This document shows positions 1-10,124 of a stretch of 64,000 nucleotides of DNA, one piece after another. The notes below the pieces were generated by a model. It was not told where the DNA came from and did not search any database. It saw nothing but the letters and a program-made list of their open reading frames with translations. The stretch covers positions 1-64,000 of IMG/VR virus record IMGVR_UViG_3300021092_000026. One strand, given 5' to 3'. The DNA is from a virus. A program made the position numbers and the translations under genes. The stretch's first letter is position 1. Every line of letters starts with the position of its first letter.

Positions 1-192
1 AGATTGTGCCATAGTTGAAACAAAGTTTATTTTGGCTTTAGAAATAGTTTCCAAATCATTTTTTGATAACTTCTTTAAAACCATCATAAGTTTTTTAACA
101 GCAGCTGAATTTGGGTTTATTTTTTTAATATCACCATAAGTCGCTTTTAATAGATTTATTTGATTTTGATTAATGGATTCTTTTAGTCTCAT
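1..192 (-). CDS. 5' part of a hypothetical head-associated protein (runs off the window)
   Basis: Own translation: ATG at 192 overlaps the protease stop (ATGA); MRLKESINQNQINLLKATYGDIKKINP... stays open to position 1. Confidence 0.6.
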   Translation of the reverse strand, partial: MRLKESINQNQINLLKATYGDIKKINPNSAAVKKLMMVLKKLSKNDLETISKAKINFVSTMAQS

Positions 193-827
193 TTTGTTTC
201 TCCAAAATTACATTCACAATATCCACCAATTTCACAAATAATATCTCTCATAATATCATTTGCTTTTTCATACTTATTAACCTTACCAACATTACGATTT
301 ACACTCTCATTAACAGGCTTTAAAAACGCACCAAAGGTAGATGGGTTACTTACAAAATCCCAACATATTAAATCAAAATCACCCTCAACAGCAACTGTCC
401 CATCTTCTTTAATTTGACGAACCGATCCCATACCTCGTGATGATATACCAACGGTACACCCGGCCTCTATTAACTCTTTAAGTATTCTTCCAGAGGGTGT
501 GTTAAGTATTTCTACCTTACCAACAACATCCTTACCATCCCACCAAACATCTCTAATAATGTGCGATGTATTCTTTAACTCAACTACTGATGATTCGGGA
601 TGGTCTAACTCACCATATGCACGGTTTTCTTTAATTTCCCTATCTTTGTATTTTGAAACCTCACGCTTTAATATACTTTCAGGATATACTCTACCATTTT
701 GGTTTTTTTCGTTTGCTCTTTGTAGAACACCACTTACAATAAGTCTACCATCACCCTTCATCGCAGCTTCTTTAAGCTGCTGGGGTTTTACATCAAATAC
801 AATAGTATCAACCAATAGCTGTTTCAT
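189..827 (-). CDS. gp21: Prohead core protease (T4 gp21-like)
   Basis: NxNGRVYP, GELDHP, GISSRGMGS and DFVSNPS motifs. Confidence 0.95.
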   Translation of the reverse strand: MKQLLVDTIVFDVKPQQLKEAAMKGDGRLIVSGVLQRANEKNQNGRVYPESILKREVSKYKDREIKENRAYGELDHPESSVVELKNTSHIIRDVWWDGKDVVGKVEILNTPSGRILKELIEAGCTVGISSRGMGSVRQIKEDGTVAVEGDFDLICWDFVSNPSTFGAFLKPVNESVNRNVGKVNKYEKANDIMRDIICEIGGYCECNFGETK

Positions 828-830
828 CTT

Positions 831-1349
831 TTATGCACCCAATTGTTTAATCTTAAATGAAATACGATTTAACCTCTCTGATATTTTAGAAAAGTTATTT
901 CTTGTCTTTTTCCAATATGTGTTGGATGAAACACCCATTTCGGTTTTTAATTTTATATTTTGATTTACCAAGTGTTCTACTTCGTAAATTTTTCTATTAA
1001 TTTCTTTGATCGCTTTATTAATTTTTAGCTGGGGAGAACCCATTTCTTCTTTTCGATATTGACGATAATTTAATTCGTTAATCGTATCTTCAATCCCCTT
1101 TTCCCATCTTTCTAAAAAATTTCTTTTTACGCTTTTTATTTTTTTATATCCCAACACCTCAATATGGTCATCATCCATATCCTTTTCACTTTTTGCAAAT
1201 GCGTGTGGAGTTCGTGGTGGACCAGCACCACCATCCAAATTAGAGGTAACATTTTGTTCTTCTAATTCGGAATCTTTTTCATCCTGCTCTTCTATTTCCT
1301 CTAGCTGCTTGAATTGTTTATCAAGCTCTTCAATTAGAAATCTACTCAT
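831..1349 (-). CDS. Hypothetical head-module protein
   Basis: Lies between portal and protease; L/I-x-E sites; GxGPPRTPHAF motif. Confidence 0.6.
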   Translation of the reverse strand: MSRFLIEELDKQFKQLEEIEEQDEKDSELEEQNVTSNLDGGAGPPRTPHAFAKSEKDMDDDHIEVLGYKKIKSVKRNFLERWEKGIEDTINELNYRQYRKEEMGSPQLKINKAIKEINRKIYEVEHLVNQNIKLKTEMGVSSNTYWKKTRNNFSKISERLNRISFKIKQLGA

Positions 1350-1350
1350 A

Positions 1351-2181
1351 TTAAATACCTTTTAATTCGTTCAATAGTTGATGATATCGTAAAAGACCTA
1401 AAGCCTGATTTTCCGAAACTATTTTAGAATTAGATAATCCATCAATTAAATTGATAACTTCTTTAAGTTTTATAGCAGAAACTTTATCTGAAATTTTTAT
1501 TTTAGAAAATTCTTTTTTAAGTTTTTCACTTTCTCTTAAAATAAATCTTTTTAAGTTATCAGAATTATCAACATTATTGATGTAATTTCTAAGAACCAAT
1601 TTTTGCTCGGTAGTTAAAACTTTATACTTTTCATTAAACTTATCAACTAAAAATTTGTATGCTAATAATCTTACATCTTTTGATTCATTTACATATTGAT
1701 TGTTTACTGCTTTTTCAGTTTTTGGTTTTTTTGTTACATTTTCTAATATAACATTTTTACATTCAACCCATTCTTTTGGGGATGTCCCTTCGTTGTTTTC
1801 AAACAATTTGTAAATAGATGCAAGAGATTTATAATTGGATACTCTATATTTGAAAAAATCATTTGTGTTAAAGCGTTCATTAATTGTTTTAATTAAGTTA
1901 TATTTCTCACGCTTCAATACACCTTCATTTAATTTTTTTCTTTCGGATAAAACAATATTTAAAAACTCTTGTGCTTTATAAGAATTATCAAAGTTTTCTT
2001 TTACTAAATATTGATATAGTTTTAATTCTTTACTTAGTTCACTTCCGTTTTTAAAGTGTTTTTTAATGATAGAAAGGGCTGGTGAGTTTTTTTCGTTCAA
2101 TGTATCAGATGCAATTTGTCTGACAAGCAATTCAAACAAAACACCTGTATTTTTAAATTTTGAATGTCTAAGTTTGTTCAT
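1351..2181 (-). CDS. Conserved hypothetical head-module protein
   Basis: 276-aa helical ORF in the head operon; KHSKFKNTGVLFELLVRQ-type N-terminus. Confidence 0.6.
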   Translation of the reverse strand: MNKLRHSKFKNTGVLFELLVRQIASDTLNEKNSPALSIIKKHFKNGSELSKELKLYQYLVKENFDNSYKAQEFLNIVLSERKKLNEGVLKREKYNLIKTINERFNTNDFFKYRVSNYKSLASIYKLFENNEGTSPKEWVECKNVILENVTKKPKTEKAVNNQYVNESKDVRLLAYKFLVDKFNEKYKVLTTEQKLVLRNYINNVDNSDNLKRFILRESEKLKKEFSKIKISDKVSAIKLKEVINLIDGLSNSKIVSENQALGLLRYHQLLNELKGI

Positions 2182-2228
2182 TTTTATTTTTATCCCTATA
2201 TATCATTTAATAAATATACTAAAATTGA

Positions 2229-4148
2229 TTAAACCATATCATTTAGTATGTTTTTCTCATCTAACATACTAACTTCATTAATTTCACTTTCCGTTGAAAG
2301 AGATTCAATTAACATTTTTTTACTTTTCATTTTCGATTGTTGTAAACTTGCTTTCAATTGCATTCCCTCAACTGATAACGGTGATTTTCTAAATCTGTGA
2401 TATGTTGATTCGGGTGATATATTTTTTTCATATCCTAACGGATTTCTACCAAAGTTACTTTCATCCGTCCCAGTAGTACTTCCTTTTTGTGGAGCTCCTG
2501 CGTCAGGAAATCCACCTTCGGGCGAACCACCATCCGGTCCTACTTCACTATTAGGTGCGGCAGGGAATTGTTGCCCACCGCCTTCTTCAGCGGGTTGTTG
2601 CTGAGACATGGAAGCCATATCATGTGGTGTTCCAAATGATTCGCCTGTTTTAAGTGGGTCATTACCTTCATTTTCAATTTGATTCTGCCTAAACCCTAAC
2701 TTCAAATCATCAATAACCCTTTGCTGTTCAACTTTCCATTCATCATCGGACATATTGAATATATTTTTATATATCCATTCCTGTGATAATAATTTTGATG
2801 TTTTAATATCGGTTGCTAATCTAACATTTTCAACCCATAAGGCAACTTTTTCTTGCTGATAAACAATGGATGGTGGGGTTAGTTCCAACCAAAAGTTTGA
2901 TAAATCTTCATTTTCATATCCTTGTGCGTAAAGGTGAATAATTGCTATTTTGGTTAATTCCGAAAGAACAATTTTTTGAACCCTCTCAATACTCCGTGCA
3001 AAACGAATATCTTGTTGTGCTAATGTTGCTTTACCCTCTACACCCTCTTCATATCCAATAAACGCTTTTGGAACTTTAAGAGCGGCCTGCATTCGGTTTT
3101 TTAGGTAGTTAATATCTTCAATACCTGTAAATTCCATACCATTTAAAGTATCAATCTGAGTTCCAGACTGCCCACCTCTGACGGGTAAATAATAATCTTC
3201 CAACATATTTTGAATGTTGAATTTAAGATTATAATCCCCAGTGTTTTGGTCCACATATGGGATTTTTTTCATTTGGTCAATAATGTTTCTAATATGTTGG
3301 TCAACCTCATTTGGTGGTATATTACCAACATCAATTTTAAATACCCTTTTTTCAGGTGCTCTCATAATACGATGAATTAACATCGCATCTTCCATAAGAG
3401 TTAATTGCTTCCAAGTCTTTCTTGCCGGTTCTAAAAGTGAACGGCCGTAAGGTAAAAAGTTTGTATCTGAAAATAATCTAAAGTGTGCTATTCTATAGAA
3501 TGGAATATAATTTTGTAAATCATTTTGAGATTTTTGATAATTAAATCCTGTTGTACCTCCACCAAAAGATGTCATTTTAAAACGAACTTCGTATGGATTA
3601 TCAGGATTAAAACCCTCTTCCCTTTCAATCTCATACGCAGATATTGGTGATGCGTTTACAATACCAATACCCTCTTCTATATCCAAATCTAAATAATAAT
3701 CACCATATTTATTCATCCCCCTAATCCATGCCCATAAATTGAACTCAATGTTTAAGACATCATAAAAAAGGTTGTGTAGTATTTTTTTTATATTTTCATC
3801 ATCAGAATTAATTCGTAAAACATCACCTATATCATTTTTAAGAGTGCATTCATCCGAATAAATATCTAACACCGAAGCGATGATTGAATCTTTATCCATT
3901 GCTTCATAATCCGTATATAACTCTAATCTATTGGATGAATAGTTGTATTGATTGTTGTATGTTTCCCAATTTTGGCGGGTGCTGTGCAATCTACCAAATC
4001 TATCGTAGTAAGATGTTCCTTTTATATTACCCTGTGATTGTAATCTTTGAGTATCAATTGCACGAGTTTTACCTTTACCAATTCTCCTTATTACAACTTG
4101 CGTTGAAAATAATCTTTGCAATCTACCGAATAGTGATTTATCTGCCAT
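2229..4148 (-). CDS. gp20: Portal vertex protein (T4 gp20-like)
   Basis: LMEDAMLIHRIMRAPEKRVFKIDVGN, MLEDYYLPVRGG and ALKVPK motifs. Confidence 0.95.
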   Translation of the reverse strand: MADKSLFGRLQRLFSTQVVIRRIGKGKTRAIDTQRLQSQGNIKGTSYYDRFGRLHSTRQNWETYNNQYNYSSNRLELYTDYEAMDKDSIIASVLDIYSDECTLKNDIGDVLRINSDDENIKKILHNLFYDVLNIEFNLWAWIRGMNKYGDYYLDLDIEEGIGIVNASPISAYEIEREEGFNPDNPYEVRFKMTSFGGGTTGFNYQKSQNDLQNYIPFYRIAHFRLFSDTNFLPYGRSLLEPARKTWKQLTLMEDAMLIHRIMRAPEKRVFKIDVGNIPPNEVDQHIRNIIDQMKKIPYVDQNTGDYNLKFNIQNMLEDYYLPVRGGQSGTQIDTLNGMEFTGIEDINYLKNRMQAALKVPKAFIGYEEGVEGKATLAQQDIRFARSIERVQKIVLSELTKIAIIHLYAQGYENEDLSNFWLELTPPSIVYQQEKVALWVENVRLATDIKTSKLLSQEWIYKNIFNMSDDEWKVEQQRVIDDLKLGFRQNQIENEGNDPLKTGESFGTPHDMASMSQQQPAEEGGGQQFPAAPNSEVGPDGGSPEGGFPDAGAPQKGSTTGTDESNFGRNPLGYEKNISPESTYHRFRKSPLSVEGMQLKASLQQSKMKSKKMLIESLSTESEINEVSMLDEKNILNDMV

Positions 4149-4167
4149 AAATATAAATATAAATTTT

Positions 4168-5754
4168 TTATAATAACCAACTCAAGTCAACATCGTTACC
4201 ACGAATATCTTTCATTGAGTATGGGTTTTGTGTTTGATTTCTGCTTGAAAATACTCCTGGTTGGTTTGAAGATACTTTGGTAATATGACTTAATGCAGAT
4301 CTGGTTAAATCCATTCCTTGCTGTCTTAATTTAAGAGCAGTATCTCTTACCCAAAGACCTGTGGAAAATGATATAACTAAATCATCGTTGTAACCCTTTT
4401 GTGCTTCTGCTCTTGAACCATTCCAAATAAACACAAACAATTCATCCAATAACCTTTTAGAGCGAATTATAGGTGATTTCTCTCTCATATAAGTATCTAA
4501 TTTTGATACAATCAATGGACGGGTTTTTTGTGTTATTGAAAACCCTGGTACCATATCCTCTTTTTGTTTTAAATCCCAACCACGCCTTAAATGAATATCC
4601 TCATCAATATAACCCAGTTCTCTATATGAATAATAAAGGTTTTGATAATTACGGTCAATTGCCTCTTGGATAACTGCCCACCCAATATTTGCGTTTTCAA
4701 TCACCAACAAAGCATTGTTCCATTCCGTTGCAACTGATGTTAGAAACGCCCCATATTGTTTTGTTTCTATCTTACCCCTATACTCTGCCACCTGTTCAAT
4801 TCGTTCTACATCAATAACATGAAAAGCAGAATAGTCTGCTCCATCACCCCTAGCAACATCAGCTACAACAATATAATTCTTTTCATAGTTTGGATAATCC
4901 CATATCCAATAATTTGCATCAAAACCACGCTTTTCAACGGGGTCGGTAATGTAAGTTTCTTTATACCACTCCAATACACTACCATCTACAACAGTATAAC
5001 CCGATGATATAAAATCAGTATCGCATTCTTGTGCAGCACCCTTTTCACCCAATAATCGGGTTTGTTCATCTCTCCATCGTTGATTTCTTTCTGGATGAAC
5101 TGTCCAATGTAATCTTGTAGGATGCCATTTATCACCCTGCTCACCTTGCAACCAAACTTTGTGGAAAAAATTACCTACACCATTTGGAGTTGAAAGAATG
5201 ATAGCCCCACCACCGGTTGATAACGTTGATTGTGCTGATAACCATATCTCTTCAATACCTTTAATAAATGCAGCCTCATCAATAATCAGTAATGAAAGTG
5301 CTTCAGAACGACCTGCCGTTTCGGTTGCGGATACTGCTTTAATTTGCGAACCATTTTTCAATCTTAATGATAATTTGTTATCTTCTGCAGCAGGAACTTT
5401 TAACCAACTTGGTAAGTTATCATACATAAACCTAACTTTTGTAACAAGATTTTTTGCTACATCTTGTGTGGTAGCAATTACAAGTATGTTCTTATCTCTA
5501 TGAAATAACATTAACCAAGTTGCATATCCAGCACTAATAGTGGATATACCTAACTGACGTGATTTAAGGATAACATTAAAACGATGTTCTTTAAAATTAT
5601 CAATTAATCCCTCTTGAAAATCGTATAGGTTAAATAATATCTTACCCCTATGTGGGTGTTGTATGTAACAAAATTTTTTAAAAAAGTATACGGGGTCTTT
5701 TGCACACTTTACATACTCATCGGATATTAATTCCTTTAAAGATTTACCAGCCAT
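4168..5754 (-). CDS. gp17: Terminase large subunit (T4 gp17-like)
   Basis: KSRQLGIST Walker A, LIIDEAAFI Walker B, ADVARGDGADYSA and NDDLV nuclease motifs; no intein visible. Confidence 0.95.
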   Translation of the reverse strand: MAGKSLKELISDEYVKCAKDPVYFFKKFCYIQHPHRGKILFNLYDFQEGLIDNFKEHRFNVILKSRQLGISTISAGYATWLMLFHRDKNILVIATTQDVAKNLVTKVRFMYDNLPSWLKVPAAEDNKLSLRLKNGSQIKAVSATETAGRSEALSLLIIDEAAFIKGIEEIWLSAQSTLSTGGGAIILSTPNGVGNFFHKVWLQGEQGDKWHPTRLHWTVHPERNQRWRDEQTRLLGEKGAAQECDTDFISSGYTVVDGSVLEWYKETYITDPVEKRGFDANYWIWDYPNYEKNYIVVADVARGDGADYSAFHVIDVERIEQVAEYRGKIETKQYGAFLTSVATEWNNALLVIENANIGWAVIQEAIDRNYQNLYYSYRELGYIDEDIHLRRGWDLKQKEDMVPGFSITQKTRPLIVSKLDTYMREKSPIIRSKRLLDELFVFIWNGSRAEAQKGYNDDLVISFSTGLWVRDTALKLRQQGMDLTRSALSHITKVSSNQPGVFSSRNQTQNPYSMKDIRGNDVDLSWLL

Positions 5755-5758
5755 TGGT

Positions 5759-6361
5759 TTATTTACTTATTTGCCAATAAATCTTTCCCGTAAAGTTTGG
5801 AGTTAATTCGTTATCTATACCAACACCAAATGCAAATGATTTTCTTTTTTTGGTTCTAATTAATAATTCACCATTGGCAATCATATAGTTTCTACTACCT
5901 GTAAAACCACCCCCTAAATAAATTTCTCTTTTATTTATTAAAATACTATGGGTAACAGTTTTTGTTGGTATGACAACAGTTGTGATTGATTGTCGGGACT
6001 GAATTTGATTTTGTGAAATTGTATCTTTTAATACCACATACCCAAAGGTATCTACCGCAACAGTATCTTCGTAGTAATACTTTGAATAGTAATCTGCTAA
6101 AAGTGCCATTGTATCAATAGGTTGAGGTTGGCTTACTATAAAGCTATCAATATCAATTACAACCCTATCTTTCCATTGTGGTACATAAACTTTTGATTCA
6201 TTAGTGATAGTATCGTATTTATATTCCACCGTTGTAACGGTGTCTATAGTAGGTTCATTGTTAAAAATTCTCTTAACAAACCCCATAGGTAATTTATCCC
6301 TAAGTAAAAATAGGATAATTAATACAACTACTACTAATCCAAAAATTTTAGATATTTTCAT
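5759..6361 (-). CDS. Membrane-anchored protein with beta-rich C-terminus (possible envelope/lysis accessory)
   Basis: N-terminal TM helix; many D-T sequons; C-terminal amphipathic strands. Confidence 0.55.
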   Translation of the reverse strand: MKISKIFGLVVVVLIILFLLRDKLPMGFVKRIFNNEPTIDTVTTVEYKYDTITNESKVYVPQWKDRVVIDIDSFIVSQPQPIDTMALLADYYSKYYYEDTVAVDTFGYVVLKDTISQNQIQSRQSITTVVIPTKTVTHSILINKREIYLGGGFTGSRNYMIANGELLIRTKKRKSFAFGVGIDNELTPNFTGKIYWQISK

Positions 6362-6662
6362 TATTCTTTTTTTGCTTTTTATGCTTTACTCTATAATTAT
6401 TTTTTCTTTTTGGGTTTGGTTTTTGCTCAACAACAGCATCAGTTTTAGGTTCTTCGGCAACAGGTGTTGCTTTTTTAACTTCAACTTTGGGTTGTTCAAC
6501 TTTGGGTTGTTCAGTTTTTGATTCCCAAGTTGGTGCTAATGTACCAGCATATCTTGGCGATGATGTAAAAGTTGGTTGTTTTGGAACTACCAATGTTTCA
6601 ATCTTTTTTGGTTCGGCTTTTTGGCCAAAAATTAAACTAAATAATCTTTTTAAAATGTTCAT
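6348..6662 (-). CDS. Low-complexity Lys/Pro/Glu-rich hypothetical protein
   Basis: Amphipathic N-terminus, EQPKV repeat, basic tail. Confidence 0.55.
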   Translation of the reverse strand: MNILKRLFSLIFGQKAEPKKIETLVVPKQPTFTSSPRYAGTLAPTWESKTEQPKVEQPKVEVKKATPVAEEPKTDAVVEQKPNPKRKNNYRVKHKKQKKNNENI

Positions 6663-6700
6663 AACTTTTCTCCTGTTTTTATAAATATTGATTTTTTTTG

Positions 6701-7636
6701 TTAAACTAATTTTGATATTAAATATGATGCTTTATCAATTAATAACCGATTGTATGGGCTGGATGTTATTATTGGTAATGCGTTTACAATATCCACTTTT
6801 GATTTTATATACAACTTTGATTTCGGGTCATTTTCAAACTTTTTAGCACCCCACAAATGGTATATTGATTGGTTTAATAATTTGTGAGCATCTTCTGATT
6901 GAGAATCAAAATCAAATGTGTAAAAAGCTTGATTGGTATAAACTACGGGGACCAATGCTTTTGTTTTTATTTTTTTATAATACTTTGAAAGTGCTGCTAA
7001 TAACCATTGTTCTAATATAATTTGTGGTGAAGATTCGGCGTACAGTAATAACTTTTCTTTTGTCATATTTTTTGTTTCCCCACTACCACCCAAAACAAAA
7101 TTAAAGTAATGATTTACATAATCGTTTTTAAATTTTTCGTTGAACATCCCAACAATAGCACAATTCATTGGAAATGAATCTTTAAAAGAATTTATTAGCT
7201 TTTTATCCCATTTCCAATTATCCGAATGTTCTATATCCAATGGATTACCATATGTGGTTGGTGATTCTCTATGAAGATACAATAAATCGCATCCCACCGA
7301 TTCTTTCTTTAAATTTTTATACAAAACCAAATCAGTATCATAAATAACAAATGGAGTTTTTAACTTTGACATTGCCCACAATTTAGGTGATGCCCAAAAG
7401 TTGGGTGATATTTTATCGTATGGATAATCATCAAAATAATCAGTAATAACACCATCATAAAGTGGGGTTATATTCCAACTATCATAAAATTCTTTTGATT
7501 TTTTATCCGTTATTAAGTATAATGGTGTATCCGAATTGTGCGTTTTATGCGTAATACAAGAATACATTTGAACTAACAACTCAAAAGAGCCTGGTGGTCT
7601 ATTTTGATTGACCAAAAACACATGATATGAATTCAT
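6701..7636 (-). CDS. Glycosyltransferase-like (GT-A/DUF6734-like) protein
   Basis: FWASPKL..PFVIYDTDL (DxD), NCAIVG, ILEQWLL and YHLWG motifs. Confidence 0.6.
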   Translation of the reverse strand: MNSYHVFLVNQNRPPGSFELLVQMYSCITHKTHNSDTPLYLITDKKSKEFYDSWNITPLYDGVITDYFDDYPYDKISPNFWASPKLWAMSKLKTPFVIYDTDLVLYKNLKKESVGCDLLYLHRESPTTYGNPLDIEHSDNWKWDKKLINSFKDSFPMNCAIVGMFNEKFKNDYVNHYFNFVLGGSGETKNMTKEKLLLYAESSPQIILEQWLLAALSKYYKKIKTKALVPVVYTNQAFYTFDFDSQSEDAHKLLNQSIYHLWGAKKFENDPKSKLYIKSKVDIVNALPIITSSPYNRLLIDKASYLISKLV

Positions 7637-7673
7637 CGTAACTTATTTATAATAAATATGGAACTAAAATTAA

Positions 7674-7946
7674 TTAATTCAATAATTTAATATTTACTTC
7701 AAGTGGTGTATTTCCACGAATAATTCTATGGTAAGTTTCTTTTTTAATTTTAAATTTATCACCAGCTTTTAATTCAATCGGAACTTCATTATCCAACTGA
7801 AACATCCAACCTTTACCACTTACAACCTCTACCAATCTATCTTCCCTATCTCTATGCCAAACCAATTCCGAATTATCTACATTTGGTTTAAATACTCTAC
7901 GAAGATTGTTTTCGGACCTGGTTTCAGAATACGGTCTTTTTGCCAT
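7674..7946 (-). CDS. Small cupin-like protein
   Basis: LVWHRDREDR and YHRIIRG cupin-like motifs. Confidence 0.6.
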   Translation of the reverse strand: MAKRPYSETRSENNLRRVFKPNVDNSELVWHRDREDRLVEVVSGKGWMFQLDNEVPIELKAGDKFKIKKETYHRIIRGNTPLEVNIKLLN

Positions 7947-7947
7947 A

Positions 7948-9396
7948 CTACCAATATGAGTTTATATCCTCACCACCACCGATTTTAGACCAATGGCGTG
8001 GTAAGTTACAAGACCAATATCCTGGTGTTGTTTTATCTTTTTTATCAGGACAATTATGTCTATCTGAAAATGCCCGTCTTGCTTCTGGGTTGTTTATTTT
8101 TGCAGTTAATCCACCCTTTACATCTCCAAAGGTTACTTTTCTGATGTTATCGCTTGATGGGTCTTTTACATACACAACATACTTTTTACCTTCACCTGAA
8201 TTTCTTTTTGGTGAATTTAACTCTACTTCAGTTCCTTGATACTGAGCTTCTACCAACATTGGAAAATCCAATAAAACTTTCTTACCTTCATAAATCCCAA
8301 TCTTACCCATATCAGAATCTAAAAACCATTCATCACTTTCATTCATTGGCATGAACTGACCTTTTCTCCACAAGTTCCTACACTCATTTACTAACTTAAA
8401 AAATTTGGGAGAACCATATCTAAATACATTTTCAGAAAGCGGTTTTTTGTTTTTTAAATGCCATCTCAACCCCTCACTAATTCTTTTTTTACCTTCACCC
8501 AAAGGATTACCATTTACATTTAATTCACCATTCAAATAATGTTTTGCATTAACCATCAATTCTTTTGCACGAATAATATCAGATTGCCACCAATGAGGAA
8601 AATCAACTTCTTCATCAGAGTTATCAAACTGATTCATCATTTCATAAAGTTCTTTTGCGTATTTAGCAATACGAAACAAATCAGCCTTTAACATATTAGG
8701 TTCATCATCCTGATGCCCCACATCAATATCTTCGGTTAAACTTTTTAACTTTTTTAATTTAGTTGTTAAATCGGCCATATTTTTTAAATGGGCCTTTTGC
8801 GCAGAGGTTCTTTTATTTTGAGGTATCTTATTATAAGCAACAGTATCTTTGGCATTATCTTTTAATGTTTTCTGAATACTTAACATTTCCTTTTGTTGTG
8901 CTGCTTGTTCTTTGCCCGATTTTTTAACGGAAGATTTGCTGGGCTCATCATCAATTTCATTTATTACAGGATATTTTTTTCCGTTAAATTCAAACTCTTT
9001 TAATCCTTCTTTTCTTGCATTAAAAAGTGCCCCAGTAAATGCATTACCTTCATTTATATTATCTTGTGCAAGAATTTGAATATCTTTTATATCACCCACA
9101 AATGGGCCTTGAAGGGTTCTGATGGTTACTTTACTACCCTGAATTTTTAGAACCATCCCAGTTTTATTTTTTGATTTAAAGTGAACAAAATCACCAAGAT
9201 CAAATCCTAAATCTTTTTTGGCTTCATCCACAGATTCTTCGGTTTTCCAACCACCACCTGCTGCTTTATATTGTTTCGCAGCCCAACCGTTGGCGTAGGC
9301 ACTAGGGTAAACATCAAACTTTTTCTTTGCTTGCGATTTATAATAAGACCATTTTGCTGGGTCTGTTGGAACATTTTTTTCTAATATTAGTTTCAT
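7948..9396 (-). CDS. Multi-module protein, putative internal head polyprotein
   Basis: Short modules resembling T4-like hypothetical proteins (FDVYPSAYANGW; AQYQG..ELNSP..VTFGD..YWSC) separated by x-x-E sites. Confidence 0.6.
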   Translation of the reverse strand: MKLILEKNVPTDPAKWSYYKSQAKKKFDVYPSAYANGWAAKQYKAAGGGWKTEESVDEAKKDLGFDLGDFVHFKSKNKTGMVLKIQGSKVTIRTLQGPFVGDIKDIQILAQDNINEGNAFTGALFNARKEGLKEFEFNGKKYPVINEIDDEPSKSSVKKSGKEQAAQQKEMLSIQKTLKDNAKDTVAYNKIPQNKRTSAQKAHLKNMADLTTKLKKLKSLTEDIDVGHQDDEPNMLKADLFRIAKYAKELYEMMNQFDNSDEEVDFPHWWQSDIIRAKELMVNAKHYLNGELNVNGNPLGEGKKRISEGLRWHLKNKKPLSENVFRYGSPKFFKLVNECRNLWRKGQFMPMNESDEWFLDSDMGKIGIYEGKKVLLDFPMLVEAQYQGTEVELNSPKRNSGEGKKYVVYVKDPSSDNIRKVTFGDVKGGLTAKINNPEARRAFSDRHNCPDKKDKTTPGYWSCNLPRHWSKIGGGEDINSYW

Positions 9397-9421
9397 TATA
9401 TGATACCTTTTTGATTATATT

Positions 9422-9661
9422 TTAATCTTTATATTCATCTCTTGCTTCTTGTTGTGCATAATCAACAATATCAACTATCAAGTCGGCTAATTTCCCCCAT
9501 TGATACTTATCCCCAACGTTTATTAAGTATTGTTCTAATGCTTTGACCGCTTTTCCAATATCTCCAGTATAAGCTGGTTTTATAGCGTTTACAAGTGGTC
9601 CTTCATTTAGGGCCCGTTTGGCTTCCTCTCGGATTAACTTTCTTAATTGCGATACTTTCAT
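9422..9661 (-). CDS. Hypothetical protein with MKVSQLRKLIREE leader
   Basis: ORF preceded by the ATATTTAT motif; IRE/LNE sites. Confidence 0.6.
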   Translation of the reverse strand: MKVSQLRKLIREEAKRALNEGPLVNAIKPAYTGDIGKAVKALEQYLINVGDKYQWGKLADLIVDIVDYAQQEARDEYKD

Positions 9662-9728
9662 CGTTTGTTTCCTATTTTTGATTTATATTATATAAATATA
9701 GTTTTTGTTCATTTCCATTATATGGGTA

Positions 9729-10124
9729 CTAAGCACCAGTCTTAACAAAAACAGGCTTTTGACCTTTTGATTGTTCACCACCTTTTTTGGCATCCCCTGC
9801 TTTCTTTTGAGCTGCTCTTTTCCTTTTTACAAAAGATGCCCTACCTTCAGGCCCTAACTTATTTGCTTTTTCTTTGGAAAGACACGCCGAATATGCTTCA
9901 CCTTCTTCGGCATCACCACACTTACCCAATTTTTCACCTGTAGAGGAATATCTATCCCAACCACCACCAGTGGTAGAACCGGTCTTACCTTTACCAAACC
10001 ATGCTCTTAAATCCTCTTTGATAATTTGTGCTATCGCACTTCGGATTAATTCTCTAAGTTGTTGTTGTTTCTTCTTCAAGTTCTTGCTCCAATTTTTCGA
10101 TATATTCCTCACGCAACTTTTCAA
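9729..10124 (-). CDS. Hypothetical basic protein (start probably downstream of 10124)
   Basis: LRELIR..IIKE leader followed by a DLRAWFGKG..GWDRY module. Confidence 0.55.
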   Translation of the reverse strand: MKSCVRNISKNWSKNLKKKQQQLRELIRSAIAQIIKEDLRAWFGKGKTGSTTGGGWDRYSSTGEKLGKCGDAEEGEAYSACLSKEKANKLGPEGRASFVKRKRAAQKKAGDAKKGGEQSKGQKPVFVKTGA

